Shown piece by piece: positions 25,086-38,712 of a DNA stretch of 64,000 nucleotides (positions are counted from its first letter, which is position 1; every line of letters starts with the position of its first letter). The notes below the pieces were generated by a model, which ran no database searches, was not told the origin of the DNA, and worked only from the letters and a program-made list of their open reading frames with translations. Source of the DNA: Nemertoderma westbladi (taxonomy: Eukaryota > Animalia > Xenacoelomorpha); the NCBI GenBank assembly GCA_032718475.1, contig JAUCBJ010007789.1, forward strand, positions 40,011-104,010, written 5' to 3'. The translations under genes and the position numbers were made by a program.

Positions 25086-25258
25086 CTCGTACAACGGTTC
25101 TTCCCCGTCTGCCACACATTCACATATCGGACATCCCAACTCGTCCTCCTTCCATCCAAACAGACACTGAACTTCACACTCAGCCGCTACAAAATCATTT
25201 CCACAAACATCCATTCGCTTCCCTTTCAACGAATCCATTTGTCTTTGCAGTTGATCCT
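25086..25258 (-). CDS. Probable exon encoding an antistasin-type cysteine-rich domain
   Basis: CGNDFVAAECEVQCLFGWKEDELGCPICEC matches the antistasin C..CxxxCxxGxxxDxxGCxxCxC spacing. Flanked by tttacAG acceptor and GAG/GTtcgt donor. Other exons not identified. Confidence 0.65.
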
Positions 25259-26950
25259 CTGTAAAGTATAACATTATGTTCATAACCTAGAGAATAGGCC
25301 TATAGTGTATCATCAACGTTGGAAATTACTGGGGACGTTTTGACGACGTTCCTTCATATCGCACCACCGACCGAGACTCTCCCCTACAACAGGCCCCATC
25401 ATTTAAGACAGGCTAAGGTGACGGCACAAAGTCACGGCGACGGCACACCGGGATCCCGAAATGTCTGTGTCTGGTTAATACTGTATTTTTGCTTTTTACG
25501 CCTTTTATACGCTATTCTGTCCCTATAGGAATCTTTGCATATTTTAAAAATACCGCAATTCTACACAAGAAATACGCTTACGATTATTTTTCTTAGAAAT
25601 TTGTGCTGTTTGTAGGCCTATATTTGTGAATCGCTTCCAGTTGTATTTTGTGTCATATTAAAAATAAATATAACATATTACTTTTAAAACAGAAATGTTA
25701 TGTTAATACCCCTGCCTTCCATCAATCCAGTGTGCGCCGTTGGGTTGGGGTGGTGCAGATTAAGAGGGGGGTTAAGATGGGGGGGGGGGGGGTGTGTCTT
25801 TTCCCTCTTTTTGATTTAATGGTGTTTGGTTAAATTTTTTAGATACCGACTTTGTGATACAGTATATAATCACTCAATATTTATCTGTATCTCATAACTA
25901 AGTCTCGTGCTGCGCGAAGGCCCCACGAACGTGTTATAGTCTAGATCATACCTACATCATACCTCATGCCTACATCAAATACTGTATTGTTGATGTGCCA
26001 TCTATATTTTATCTATATTCATATCTATATATCTATCATCTATATTTATATTTTCTATATTTTTTGGAGATGGCACTGCTGCTGTAACAACTCATTAAAT
26101 TTTTCCACTGTTGGGTAATGATGATACAGGAATAGGCCTAGTAATAGGCCGTAGTAAAGTCAACCATGAAGGAGAGGAATATCGGATATTTTAAAAGAAA
26201 ATCTCATATAAATTGCTACAAATCGGGATATACACCCATACTGCAGACTTTCTCAAACTGGTTTGTTTGTCAACACTTCAAGGTATTTCTCACAACCAAA
26301 AATCTGTTTAACGTAGGCCTATAAAGGCCCGTAGATCTATAGAGGAATTACTTATACTGGTCCACTCATCCCCTGTCATATTGATCTTCAAGTCGCTTTT
26401 TGAAGTCCAATAACATTTTCTTTCGTGCTTATCTTACTTAACTTAAGATGCCCAGTTTTTATTTTTTTTCAAATAATATTTATTTATTAGCAGCTAACAA
26501 TAACAACTTAGGCCGCTCATTAAAAATATAAAAATCTGGAATGACTTACCTATGCCGTAACACATCGAAAACAACGCGAAAATGATCAATAGATTCATGG
26601 CTTTACCGACTATAACTCTTTATTTTACTGCGTAATTTTAGCTGAAACTTTATTTTGTAATTAAATTTGCAAATTTAACTAAAAATTTCACATTATATTT
26701 TTTCTGTTGACAATATTATATAGAAAATTACAACTAGGCAAACATTGATTTAAATGTAGATCCATTAAAAAATTAAGGACATAAGGCAGACTATCCATCG
26801 TAGACTTATATTGCCGCACAGAAATACTAAAACATTTATTTACCCTTCAATTAATATACTGTATTATTGGCCTGATGTTTAATGTAATTGAATTCCCATA
26901 ATATTGAATATTATTTCCCAATGACGGCCTGTCATTAACGGCCTGTCAAA

Positions 26951-28442
26951 TTAATGTTGCGGCATGAAGTTGATTTCCTGGGGCGAGCCACGAAGTTGGC
27001 GGAGGTTTAGCGAACTGACGCTGAATTCTGGCTCACCCACTATGGAGGAGGTAGATGAAACTATCTTTGTTTCTTTGTTCTTTGTTTCAAATGCAATCTC
27101 ATCAAGATTTGTAGAACTTGAAGAAATTTTTTTGAGCACGACAGGGGTGGCTACTGAGGTCGCTTCTAGCTGGATTGGTTCCTCCGCTTGGTTGGGGGGG
27201 GGGGGGGGGGGGGTCCATAACACCAGTCTGTATTTGTCCAATCGAGAAACAAGGTTTAATAATGGGTCTCTCGATCACCGATTGATGGAGATTGGAAATA
27301 CATATGTCTCGGAATATAGCGAAGCCACCACTGGCTAGCTCATCCGCTTCGGAGCGACGTAGCTCTCGCTGAGACAGTGATTTCACACGGAACTGACTGT
27401 CAATGTTGGCAAAGGGGGTTAAGAAACTTCAAAAGCATTCGAAGTTTAGAAATTTACCAAGTTCGTCGAGTTTGGCGAGTTGGGTTCCCAACAACAACGG
27501 GTGCGCTCTCAACGTGCGGCTACAGACATCCGCAAGCCATCCTGATAACGCCTAGTTCTCGAATATGAGGTATATCGCAAGAGAGGGGCGTAAGGGATTG
27601 CTCATAATGCTATATACAGCGCCAGGGGTGGTGAGTGGTCCTTGAAAGTAATAAGGCGAATGTGAGTCACCATAAACTTGAGAATATGTCTCGCGATCGG
27701 TTTCCTTGAAGTTCCAACCATACTCTTTAACGCAATGTGGCCAGAGGACGTATGGTCAACTCTGCTATACCTATCGTTAGCGTTGTATCGATGCATGACC
27801 CGGAAAAAGCCGCGGGATTGCGCCCAAGGAAGGATGACTTGGGTGTCGACAAAGGGATATGGTATGTCATGGATTATAGGGAAATCGTCGGTGAAGTCCC
27901 GATATATGGTTAAACCGAGTTTATAAACTGATTCGTCCAAGAGAATGTCCAGTATGGGTTGCAGCAATAATGCTGCGTCTATTCCCATGGTCGGGTGTCG
28001 GTTCGTTTCATTAACATAAGCCTCCGCTTTGACAAACTGTTGATGTCTCGCACAGCGTTGATAGGCTGTCATGGCTGGGAAAACGCTGTTGGTGCTGTGA
28101 CAAGTACGCGTAAAAAACGTGCGTGGCTCCAGTGAGGCCGTGGATGTGAATCAACCAAGTTGAACCGAGCTCGTAATCCAGCACTGAGCCTTCGTTATCA
28201 TAGATCACAACGCCATAGCTGTGAATAGCGTTAACTGTATGTAACCATTCAGCATTAGCCACTTCTGTGGTCAGTTCTACTGGTTTCCATAACGTATCCA
28301 ACAAACCGGGTTCCCCACGAGCTATTCTTATAGATTCATAACTAGGCATTTCATTTGTATTTGCATTTGGTTCGATATATTTCAAATCATCTTCAAGGAA
28401 GGCTACATCCAAGTTCCAGTGGACGAGGCGACGGTTATCCAT
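26951..28442 (-). pseudogene. Decayed ~490-codon intronless ORF with DEDD (WRN/EXD-like) 3'-5' exonuclease-like motifs
   Basis: VVIYDNEG (ExoI DxE), LIHIH..HVF, ILDILLDESVYKLGLTIYRD (ExoII-like), FVDTQ. The reading frame can be followed through frameshifts and two in-frame stops into ORF 27102-27386. Confidence 0.5.
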
Positions 28443-28600
28443 AGATGTTTTTCATACTCCGGTTATATTACTCCGAGATTCGTTGTCGCTGTGTATCGAA
28501 ATTATCTATTGAGTCGTCATTAGAAGTATCCATGATTGTTATCAACAATGTGTAAATATTAATAATTCAACAGAAGTAAACCAATGAGTCAATATAATTG

Positions 28601-31600
28601 TTATAATAACTTACCAGGCCATCCATGCTGACGCGTATTTCTACTATCATTCTCCTTCCACATACGTGGAACGAGGTCTCGAGCCCGCAATATAACTGGG
28701 CTGCTGAATCCTAGGGGGTCGAAAGAAGCACTGAGTATGCCTAGGCAAATATGTTTGGTTAGGGTACCGCCCTTTCTTAACTTCACTTTAAATTCCATAA
28801 TGTCACTTTATGTAAGCCAACGAAGACTTAATGGCTTCATCTCCGGTAGGCCGTCCTTTCTCAAGTTCTAATTCGGTATCACCACGCTGGGCGGGGGGTA
28901 TGGCCTTTAAAAACTCGTGAATCTTCGTGACTCGTCGAATTGCTCGTGAATTTCGTTAGGCGAAATCCTCCAAGTTTCAGGCAGTTTACTGTCCCTTGAG
29001 CAATGTCGATGACTTCTGTTATGATCGGGACTTGTTTCGGGTTGTCTTCTATGTAGATATCCCGTTTGATATTATTTATGACGGATGGGGGAAATTCATC
29101 CCGATGGTCATCAGCTGTTCGATGTAGCACTGAACATGAGTTCGATGGGCTGGAAATTATACCAAACGCCTGAATGGTCATGCAATACTCTACTGGATCG
29201 GAATTTAGGTCCCCTTCTGTCCACCACAAGAAACACATGATGTCCCGGTCAATGTCTAAAGCTTTCACTTGCAGGAACATACCCTCTATGTCTGAAGCGA
29301 AGGCAATGGCATATTGTCGCATATGTATTAATATTCCGGGCAAAGACTGCAACAAGTTGGTTCCAAGCAATAGTTCCGAGTTAAGGGATTGTCTTTGGTA
29401 TTTAGCTGAACCGTCGAACACTACCCTAATACGTCCTGGCTTGTCCTCCAGTTCGACGTAATGGTGGTTAAGGTAGTATGTCCAGTCAGTCTTGGGGGAG
29501 TCTGATGGGACCAGTTCCGCATATCCCTTGCTTATGAACTTAGTCATTTGCTCCTTATATAACTCATAATCTGTCGGGTTGGCGGTGAGACGCCTTTCCA
29601 GCTGTAAAATGCGTTTATGCGCAAGCGTCTCATTATTAAATAGGGGGGACTGCCAGAGAAGCCCCACTTCGTATTTGCCTTGTTCCTGCAAAAACCTGGT
29701 GGTGGTTCTCTGAATCTGTTTTGCTCGCTCCTCTTCCACTGACAATGCCTTGTCATTGGAGTTTTGCTCAAGTATCTCCTGCTGCATTCAAGTGACTGTA
29801 TGTTCTTCTAGTTTTAGAAGACGCTTGGCTTCCTCGAGCTCGCTCAGTTCTTGCTGAAGGTCGGGAGGTGTGTGTAGTAAATTGCACAACTCCAACTGGG
29901 TTCTAAGCAATTGTTGGTTGGTCATCGGGGACACGATGTTGGGTTCACTGTACCTAGTAAGGAAACAGTCTTGGTCTGAGGACAGGGTCGCTGTCGGTCT
30001 GGTCAGGGGTAGTCAAGACGTCCACTTCTGTCTCTATGGTCTCATTGCAAAGGTGTGCCACTAAATTGCAAGTGTCGGTGTCTGTATTTGTTGATCCCTT
30101 TCGCTCCAATAGCGTTTTTTGGGAAGGCCCGGTACAGAACCATCCAACTCTTGTCCGACAGGCGTAGGCTGACATTGGTTCTGGATGTCTGGGTCGTTTC
30201 TCCAGAATCTCTAAGGCCTCGGGTACATTTTGGCCTATCAACATCTGTATGCCTAGGTAGTCTGGGGTGAAACGGTGAATATTATGATTACTTACGAGGG
30301 CATCATCATCCCAGTCATAAGCCTTGGCTTGACTTTTGGCAAAATTCCGGATGACGACCATTTTTATGTTAGAGACCCTATACCAGCCACTGGTATCTTG
30401 CGGGGTGGACAGGGATGCCTTATAGTACTTTGTTTCAATCGTGGATTGCCAACGTTTCATTATCCCAGATAATGTTAGTTTCATGTCATGGCCCTGTTCT
30501 CTGGTGAACAAGGATTCGGCTAACTCTGCGTCTATGAAGGTGCCCGTACTTCCTGTGTCCATTAAAGCATTTACCACAACGCTACTACTTCCCGCGTGGA
30601 GCCGGACTTGGAGCACCGGAAACTCTCTGACTCCAGCATCCTGAAATGACTGGGTGTTGGGATTGTTCTCAATTTTGAAACAATCTTCTGATACGGGTTC
30701 CTTATGCTAACATGGTTATAGCATTCATCGTCATCTGTAAACTCTCCAGGGTAGAATTCATCCAGTCCTTCATCAGATGAGTCTGTCTCACAATCAGTGA
30801 AGTGTACACATTGGTCCATTTCTCCCTTCAGGACCTGGTCTAGGTGTAGCAAGGGGTGATGAGAGCCCTGACATACTGGACACGTTTTCATGTTTATTAG
30901 TCTACACTTACGTCTCAAATGTCCTGGTCTAAGACACAAGAATCATGTCGACAAGTCCAAAGCTGTCTGTTGTCTCTCTTTTAGTGCCTTTTTTAGGAAG
31001 ACGTTGCATTTCACGAGTGGATGTGTGTCTATTTTACAAAGAGGGCACTTGAGGTTGGTAGTGCCGGCGGTGATTGTATTATACGCTTTCGTGGTCGTCT
31101 TACGGTTATCCATATATGCTTTCCTGGGGGGTACTATTAGTCTTGGGAGGATGTGTCATCCTATTTGGCTTGCCCTGGCCGCTATGTCTATTCTCACCTC
31201 TGGAGTTCATGTCACCATAATATATGTTTTCACATCCCTCTGTGTCTGAACCAGAGTGATCAGAGGGACACTCTTCATAATTTGTGACATAGGCGTATCG
31301 CTTCTTGGTTGCTGTCTTATCAGTGTTTTTTGTGTCTGAACGGGTGCTTCTTTCCCGGTTTACCATGATAAGATACGTGGAGGTCTCTGCCTTCAAGAAA
31401 CTTCTAAACGAGTCCATATCGGGGAAGCATCCATGATTGAGTTTGTAATTATAAGTGTATCGGTTCCATCTGGTTCCAGTGGAGCCCTTTGGAAGCGCAC
31501 TGGAAACGAACTGTACTGTCATGGTTGTATCATACACTTGTTTCTGTCCTAGCCAATCAAGATGGTGACAAATTTCCTCTACTTCAACTCAAAACGGGAT

Positions 31601-32290
31601 CGTAGAGTTTAGCAGGATCTATTTTTAGAGATTAATCTATCATACATGTTGCGTGCCAAGCATTATTCATTGCCATGGTCGGAGTTGCCTGATATTTTGT
31701 ACATAATGGTCATCGTTATGTAGGCTGGGATCTAACGGGGGTGCATAAGCCTCTGAAGATGAAGGAGGGTCACCTTGGGGGAATGCTTCACCTGGGATGT
31801 CTGGCGCAAACCTAACTCCATTTCTGTGGTAGGCTTCCCTTTGCCTGTCAGGGGGGGCTGATATCCATACGCTGGATGATAACGGCGTTCCTGGTCACGG
31901 ATGCCGGGTCCCCACCGCCGACTCTTTTGAGGCTAAGTGGGCCGATCCGGGCATCAGGTGCCTATCATCCAGTTGATTTTGACAGTTGTAGTATATTGTC
32001 GAGCGGGGATTCATTTCATCCCTAGATGTCCATTTATTATTGCTTCCTCCTTCATAAAGGATGTGATACTTTGGAATTTTCTCCCAAGCTGATGACTGGG
32101 AATATTCCAGTGCCAAATGACATTCTATCATCCTTTGACCAGGCTAAGATACTAGACAGGTAGTTAGGTCTGGGGGGTTCTAGACAAGCTATATGAGAGG
32201 TATTGTGGGAGATCAGGGCTTCGCTGGGTATTTCTTTAGCTACGATTGGTACACCTACTGGTGGTACAACATCTCTATTGCTTGCGGTAG
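28601..32290 (-). mobile_element. Older, fragmented BEL/Pao element (gag, protease, RT, start of RNase H region)
   Basis: Three BEL-type knuckles (CPLC..H, CLRPGH..C, CPVCQGSHHPLLH), LMDTGS protease, RVVFDGSA..SLNSELLLG..DIEGMFLQV RT, FDPLG. Many stops and frameshifts; no LTR recognised. Confidence 0.88.
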
Positions 32291-32299
32291 GGGGTTGCT

Positions 32300-33180
32300 G
32301 ATAGATAGATAGATAGATAGATTTATTTATACATTATGTAAAAACAATAACAAATACACCAAACAATGTACCGGTATAAAGGTATTGTCCAACATAACAT
32401 ATAGGATTACCCCTAAAGCTTTGCAGCTTATTTCCAAGGGGGTCCTTTATGTTACTTGGTTACAAATACAATATTACACTACGCTAACCTAAAACCAATA
32501 TAAAACGTAATTACACTATGTACATGTACAACTTTACCGAGAGCGTGACAATGCCCGACTCAACGATAAAGATGTAATGTACAGAACAATTTATTATAAA
32601 ACGTAATTACAGTATAAATAGTAAATAATTAATAAACTAATAACTTACTGTAGGACTATTGTACCTATTTTTACATTGCACATGGAGGTGAGATTTAACT
32701 GCAGATTTAAAAGAATGTTGATTATTTAGGTTTTTAATTTCATTAGGCAGAGCGTTCCAATTTTTAATACCGTTAAAAAAGAAAGTACAGTATCAGATTC
32801 GAAGGATTTACAATTCGGGAGGTAGAAGTTTGAAGCACTAGCTCTGGTACTGTAAGAGTGTGTATCGCGTACTCTGTTGAATTTTTGTTTTAGGTAATTG
32901 GGACATTTACCATTATACACTTTATGCACATGGTTAAGGCGTAGCTGCTTAACTCTAATATCTAAGTTAAGTAGTCCAGATTCAGAAAAGTCATCTGGAG
33001 TTAGGTGGTGTCTAGGTTTGTAGTCTTTAATAAATCGTACTACTTTATTCTGAGCTACTTGTAATTTACATTTAAGCTGTTTGGTTAAGCCTTCATACCA
33101 AGAAGAGCACGCATAGTCCGTGTGACACTGTATTAAATAAGAGGAAAGTAACTTGCGGGAGTCGGTGTTCAAACTATTTC
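32300..33180 (-). mobile_element. CR1/L2-group LINE 3' fragment
   Basis: DYACSSWY..KLQVAQNKVVRFI..PNYL..HSYSTR ORF2 C-terminus; minus-strand 3' end AATAAA followed by (TCTA)n tail at ~32300. Confidence 0.8.
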
Positions 33181-33731
33181 TGTTATGGTCGCACTGGATT
33201 GATCGGCCATTCAACAGTAGTCCATAGCAACGTTCCTTGGATAACATTACTAAGCTGATGACAACAGACAGCATTCACTCGGATCACAGTAGACAGCGAC
33301 TATTAGTGGTGAAACAAGAATTGTAAAAACACTTGTTATTCCCATTATTTTTGTAGTTACTTTACTTTGCACATTTTATTTATTTTTATTAAATTTATAT
33401 TTATTATTTATAAAAACACTTGTTATTCCCATTATTTTTGTAGTTACTTTACTTTGCACATTTTATTTCACCGGGAATATTTTACTTCTGCGACATACCG
33501 GTACCTACGGTGCTACATATTTTTGTGTTGTATCCTATAGAATACTAGAGTAGGTATTGTAAACTTGTCCCTTATTACTGTATTAATCAGTTAATACTGT
33601 ATGTTTTCCTATAGTACTGTATGTTGTAAAAACCCTTGCGCATTTTAATTATTTTTATTTGAACCTACTAAGTAGGTATGCTTTGCCGGATTTTAATTTA
33701 ATTTTAATGTAATTTCATTTTTATTTAATAA

Positions 33732-33967
33732 CTAGCAGGCAATACCCGAGGCATGTTACCAGGTATTTCCCGCTACCGGCATATGCCTACTGGCGTACTG
33801 GTACTGGTACTGCGGTATAGGCCTACTGGCGTACCGGTACCCAGTACCGGTACCGAACGTGAATTATACTTTTCGAAAAGTGGCCTATAACGACCGCTGG
33901 TTAAAGTTATACACACATGCCAAGTTCCAGCGCAATCCCTCTGCCCGTTTTGGAGGAGTTCGAACAC

Positions 33968-33998
<31 letters not shown>

Positions 33999-34030
33999 CA
34001 GAATTTGATTTTTATAGGTAGGCCTATAGA
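33732..34030 (-). mobile_element. Short non-autonomous Helitron-like element
   Basis: Minus strand A|TC...CTAG|T ends, subterminal aatacc..ggtatt hairpin and internal (GA)n microsatellite. Confidence 0.5.
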
Positions 34031-34266
34031 TTAGGCCTAATATACACCAACTGCAAAGTACTGTAAATAAACTATAATTTTAATTATTTTACTAATTTTA
34101 CTTGAATCTTAAATACCATTATATCCGTATTTTTATTATAATAGTACAGTACATATACGCTAATTTACGGAAGCCCACAACTGTCATGGACAAAACATTA
34201 ATAAAACTTGGACGCAATTAAATAAATTTCATACAAAGCCATAGAAAGCATGCCATTTCAAAATTC

Positions 34267-34852
34267 ATCAGGGCGTTTTGCCCTGAGGGCATTTTGCCCT
34301 GAGGGCGTTTTGCCCTGAGGGCATTTTGCCCTGAGGGCATTTTGCCCTGAGGGCATTTTGCCCTGAGGGCATTTTGCCCTGTGGGCATTTTGCCCTGAGG
34401 GCATTTTTCCCTGAGGGCATTTTGCCCTGAGGGCATTTTGCCCTGAGGGCATTTTGCCCTGAGGGCGTTTTGCCCTGAGGGCATTTTGCCCTGAGGGCAT
34501 TTTGCCCTGAGGGCATTTTGCCCTGATGGCATTTTGCCCTGAGGGCATTTTTCCCTGAGGGCATTTTGCCATGAGGGCGTTTTGCCCTGAGGGCATTTTG
34601 CCCTGAGGGCATTTTGCCCTGGGGGCATTTTGCCCTGAGGGCATTTTGCCCTCAGGGCAAAATGCCCTCAGGGCATTTTGCCCTGGGGGCATTTTGCCCT
34701 GGGGGCGTTTTGCCCTGAGGGCGTTTTGCCCTGAGGGCATTTTGCCCTGAGGGCATTTTGCCCTGAGGGCATTTTGCCCTGAGGGCGTTTTGCCCTGAGG
34801 GCATTTTGCCCTGAGGGCATTTTGCCATGAGGGCATTTTGCCCTGAGCGCAT
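34267..34852. repeat. Left subterminal array of palindromic 16-bp units GCCCTGAGGGCATTTT (~36 copies)
   Basis: Direct reading; a locally inverted unit near 34648-34675. Confidence 0.95.
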
Positions 34853-34946
34853 TTATTAGGAATATTACTGCTCTCATGTATATGACCATCCTTGCTGCCC
34901 ATTACTATCTAACAGATTACCGTGGTATGGTAGTGGTTGGCCTATA

Positions 34947-36111
34947 ATGTCTGAAACTAATCAGGAGGATATAATTAGGTATTACTTCAGTAGTGGCTTT
35001 GATTATAAGGAAATTCTAGAATTTCTTAAGTTATCTGGTATAAATATCAGTTACAGTACTCTGTTAAGGCGCCTACTGGAATACGGGCTTGTAAGGCGTT
35101 CCTCACTAGCGAAGTGGGATCCTGACAAAGGGGACTTAGAGGAAATCGTGTGGGATCGAATTTGCGAGATAGTATCTTCAGGGCCAGGTTCATTGGGCGG
35201 TTACAGGAGTATATGGCATACATTACAGCTAGAGGGGCTAAGAGTTCCAAGATCTATGGTTGCAGAGTTTCTGCGAGCTATAGACCCCGAAGGAAACGAG
35301 ATCCGTCAGCGCCATAGACTGAAACGTAGGCAATATTACAACCCCGGCCCAAATTACGCTTGGCACATAGATGGTGGCTATGACAAGCTAAAGCCTTTCG
35401 GTTTCCCCATTCACGGTTGTATTGACGGGTACAGTAGGAAAGTACTATGGTTGAATGTCATCCAATCCAACAACGCGCCCGAAAATATAGCTCATATGTT
35501 CCTCAAAGCTATTAGTGAACATGGATGCCCCATGAAGTTAATTACAGACTTGGGAATGGAAAACGGCACAGCGGCTGCGATTCAGGCCTATATTAGAGAA
35601 TCCACAACGGCCCATAAGTACGTATCGTCACAGAGAAACCAATGAATAGAAGGCTGGTGGTCCTTCTATTCTAGGAATCGATCAATGTGGTGGTGAAACA
35701 TGTTAAACAGATTTAGAATACCGCGATATTATTGATACATCGACAACCATGAGCAAAGAGTGCTTGTGGTACACGTTTAGCCCTTTAATTCAAAGAGATT
35801 TAGATACTGTGAAACATGCATGGAATACCCACTGGATAAGAAAATCCCGATATTCTATGGTCCATGGACGACCTGATAGTCTATATTATCTGACTTGTGG
35901 AGGGGTGAATGATTCCGCGACTGAAGTAACTGCAAATCAGTTGAATCACATTTCGGAAAGAAAGCATCATTAAAGACAATTATACAAATACATATCAAGA
36001 GTATTTCGATTATGTTAAAGACAGATTATCTCTTCCCGATCCTACTGATCCTCTCAATGGTATCGACTTCTACCTACGTTTTATGTCCATAGCGAATGAT
36101 GGGCTGGAATA
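34947..36111 (+). pseudogene. DDE transposase (IS3/integrase-like), disrupted
   Basis: PGPNYAWHIDG.YDKLKPFGFPIHGCIDGYSRKVLWL, TDLGMEN, NQ*IEGWWS, WNTHWIRKS..GRPD. Premature stops at ~35643 and ~35694 plus frameshifts. Confidence 0.9.
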
Positions 36112-36996
36112 AACTAGGAATAATATTTACGAACCATGGTATAATCTAGTACCGGTACTATTATTATAACTTCTTTAAACTTAATTTGGTATGTTCTTAT
36201 TTATTTTAACCGCAATCAGTAGGAGCTGCCACGCCACAAACTTCAGTAAATAAAAAAAATGGTTCATCTTGTTGGATTATAAGCAAGTAGCAAGTGAATC
36301 ACAATCAATTATTTTGAGTTTATTAGATACTGTATATTACCTTGGTGATTTATTTTAGTATTATATAATATTATAAAAGTTTTATTCCACCTCTATCAAC
36401 TAGGGATGCACCAGTGCTAAAATTTCATCCGGAGCCGGAGCCCGGAGGTTTCTCCAAGTTACCTTATAATAATTGGTAATTATGGTTTATAATTGATAAT
36501 TCCAATATATTATTATAGTAGAAGGATAGATATGTGTTCATGAGACGAGGGGGGGGGGGGGGGGGGATTTGACGCAAATTCTTTCTCAGCGAATGTTAAA
36601 TAATTGTTTACTTACTCAATGTTAAATAATTTAGAGTTCTCGAATATTTATTACGTAACTGGAGAGCCGCATAACTACATAAACCAATATTGGATGCAAA
36701 ACAAAAAAACTGCAAAAAAAACAATGCAAAATGAATAACTTTATGCGCCGGGTGACTTTATAAGGCGGGAGACTGGTACAAACTTTTATATAACATTGTA
36801 TTATTCTTAAAAAAATTTATTTTAAGGCGAGAGAAACTTTGAAAATTTTTTAACAAAACCATTCAAATATTTAAAAACCAACAACTATAATAACACATCT
36901 AAGAATTAAAGTAACACAACTACAGTAATAACTGAAATACTGCTAATACAACTAAAGGGACACAATAACAACAGCAGTTACTATATAACAACTCAG

Positions 36997-38712
36997 CTAA
37001 TGTAACGCAAATGTTTGACCTTTGCAAAATGCCAACAGGAGAAGTTTATTAAAATCATCTTGCCTTATCATGTGCGAAACAGGGAAAGTTATGATTCGAG
37101 CACAAGCGCCCACAACTGGGAAGCAAATACTATGCTGGGGATTATCTATGAGGCAATCATGATTGAATGCCACTGTAATGTAGAAATACTCCGTAGTTAA
37201 TGGTACATGTTTCTGGCCTGTAAGCCACCCTAGAACACCACTTGGTGATAAATCAGGCTTCGTATATTCATCAGAATACTCCCCTTCACTGCAATTTGCT
37301 AAGATTTCAGAATAACCAGATATTGTCGAATCCTCTAGCAACATCAGAAAGTCTTGGAAATAGTCAATCAATGCATCTTCACGAATTTTCCTTGTAGAGC
37401 TTTCAGAGTACTGAGGGCGCAATATCGATACAATGTAATTCGCGCTAACACTGCTCTCAGAATGGGGAAGAATGAACAATTCTTCACATACTTGTTTATT
37501 ATCCTTTACTAGAGACCATAAGCCTAATAACTCTAAACCTTTACAGAACTCATTAATATAGAGCTTTCGACGAGTAAGTAAACTAATGATGATAGTTCCT
37601 TTAATATCCTCCTTGTTTTCAACATGTATAGGAGCAGTATATCCATTGTCAATGATAACATCGGTCATATCTATTATCGGGTTAGTGTCTATCATTTTTT
37701 AATGAGATTTGTATCCTCAAGCGATAAATATTTCTCCCTTTTAACACACATAATATCGAAGTCGGAATTTTCAATAATGTCATACATTGATTTGTTAAGA
37801 AATCTCGGTGCAGGGCCACCCTGCGCCAAACTAGTTGCAACTATCTGGCCACAAGCGAAGAAGTGACCATTTTGTACACTAGACATGGAATCTATAGGAT
37901 AGCCACTGGGAAACATGGAGCTCGCAATTCCAGTAATAGCCATTTCTAAAAATTCTTTCGCCATGGCTCCAGTGTCTATTCCATCCTCTCCTACCATCTT
38001 TACTATTAATTTTTTTGTTGGCGAACATTTCGTACTTTCACGACTCCATAAACTTAAAACACAACTAATTGGAGCTCCTCTCCTAACAGTTAAAAAGAAT
38101 TGGCCTGAATCAGCAACAAAAGTTGATAAACGATGAATGAGTTCCGAAACTGATAAAAAAGTTGTTGGCAAAGGAACAAGATACTCAAGACAAGACAATT
38201 GATCCTGAAATTCATCGGAAACGGAAATGAAGGGTGGCTCGCACGAAGTTCCCACACTTTCATCATTAATTACTATTTCTGGAATTTCTTCACTATTTCG
38301 ATCAATCTTGACTCGTTTCCTTCTTGGTCGAGAAACCTCGCGTTCGCAGCTACTACTGGCATTTGCTGTAGGGTCATCAAGAGTTTGAGAGTAAATACAG
38401 TGTGATTCTCTTATATTGTTTCCCTGTACCATCTTTATAACCCTTGAGAGTGAATTCCTTTTGCGTCCCAGGCAAATATTCAGCTAACCGTCCACTATCA
38501 TAAGATAGTTGGTACTCCTCGTCAATCTCATAGTCATCAGGGTAGTATGCTTTCCATGTATCTAAAGCGAGTGGAAGTATATCGGTATATTTAGCTGCTT
38601 CGCTTACTCTCACATTAACTCTTTTTCCCCAAATAGGTTTATATTTGGCATCACCATTGTTCCAGCGAAGCATACCTATATTCATATCAACAACGGCCTC
38701 TGGTTTAGACAC
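36997..38712 (-). pseudogene. HECT-like E3 ubiquitin ligase gene carried by the transposon (2 frameshifts)
   Basis: VKMVGEDGIDTGAMAKEFL (N-lobe), FACGQIVATSLAQGGPAP, LGWLTG..VP, FPVVGACARIITFP (catalytic Cys position). ORFs 38377-38712, 37692-38432 and 36997-37695 overlap end to end. Confidence 0.8.

Noticed and set aside
33326-33468. Local ~55-bp direct repeat as a possible LTR of the third BEL element
   Set aside because: Too short, no TG..CA ends and no partner downstream; a simple tandem duplication.
34218-34902. ORFs with GKMPSGQNALRAKCPQ repeats (also 39686-39953)
   Set aside because: Translation artefacts of the stop-free 16-bp tandem repeat.
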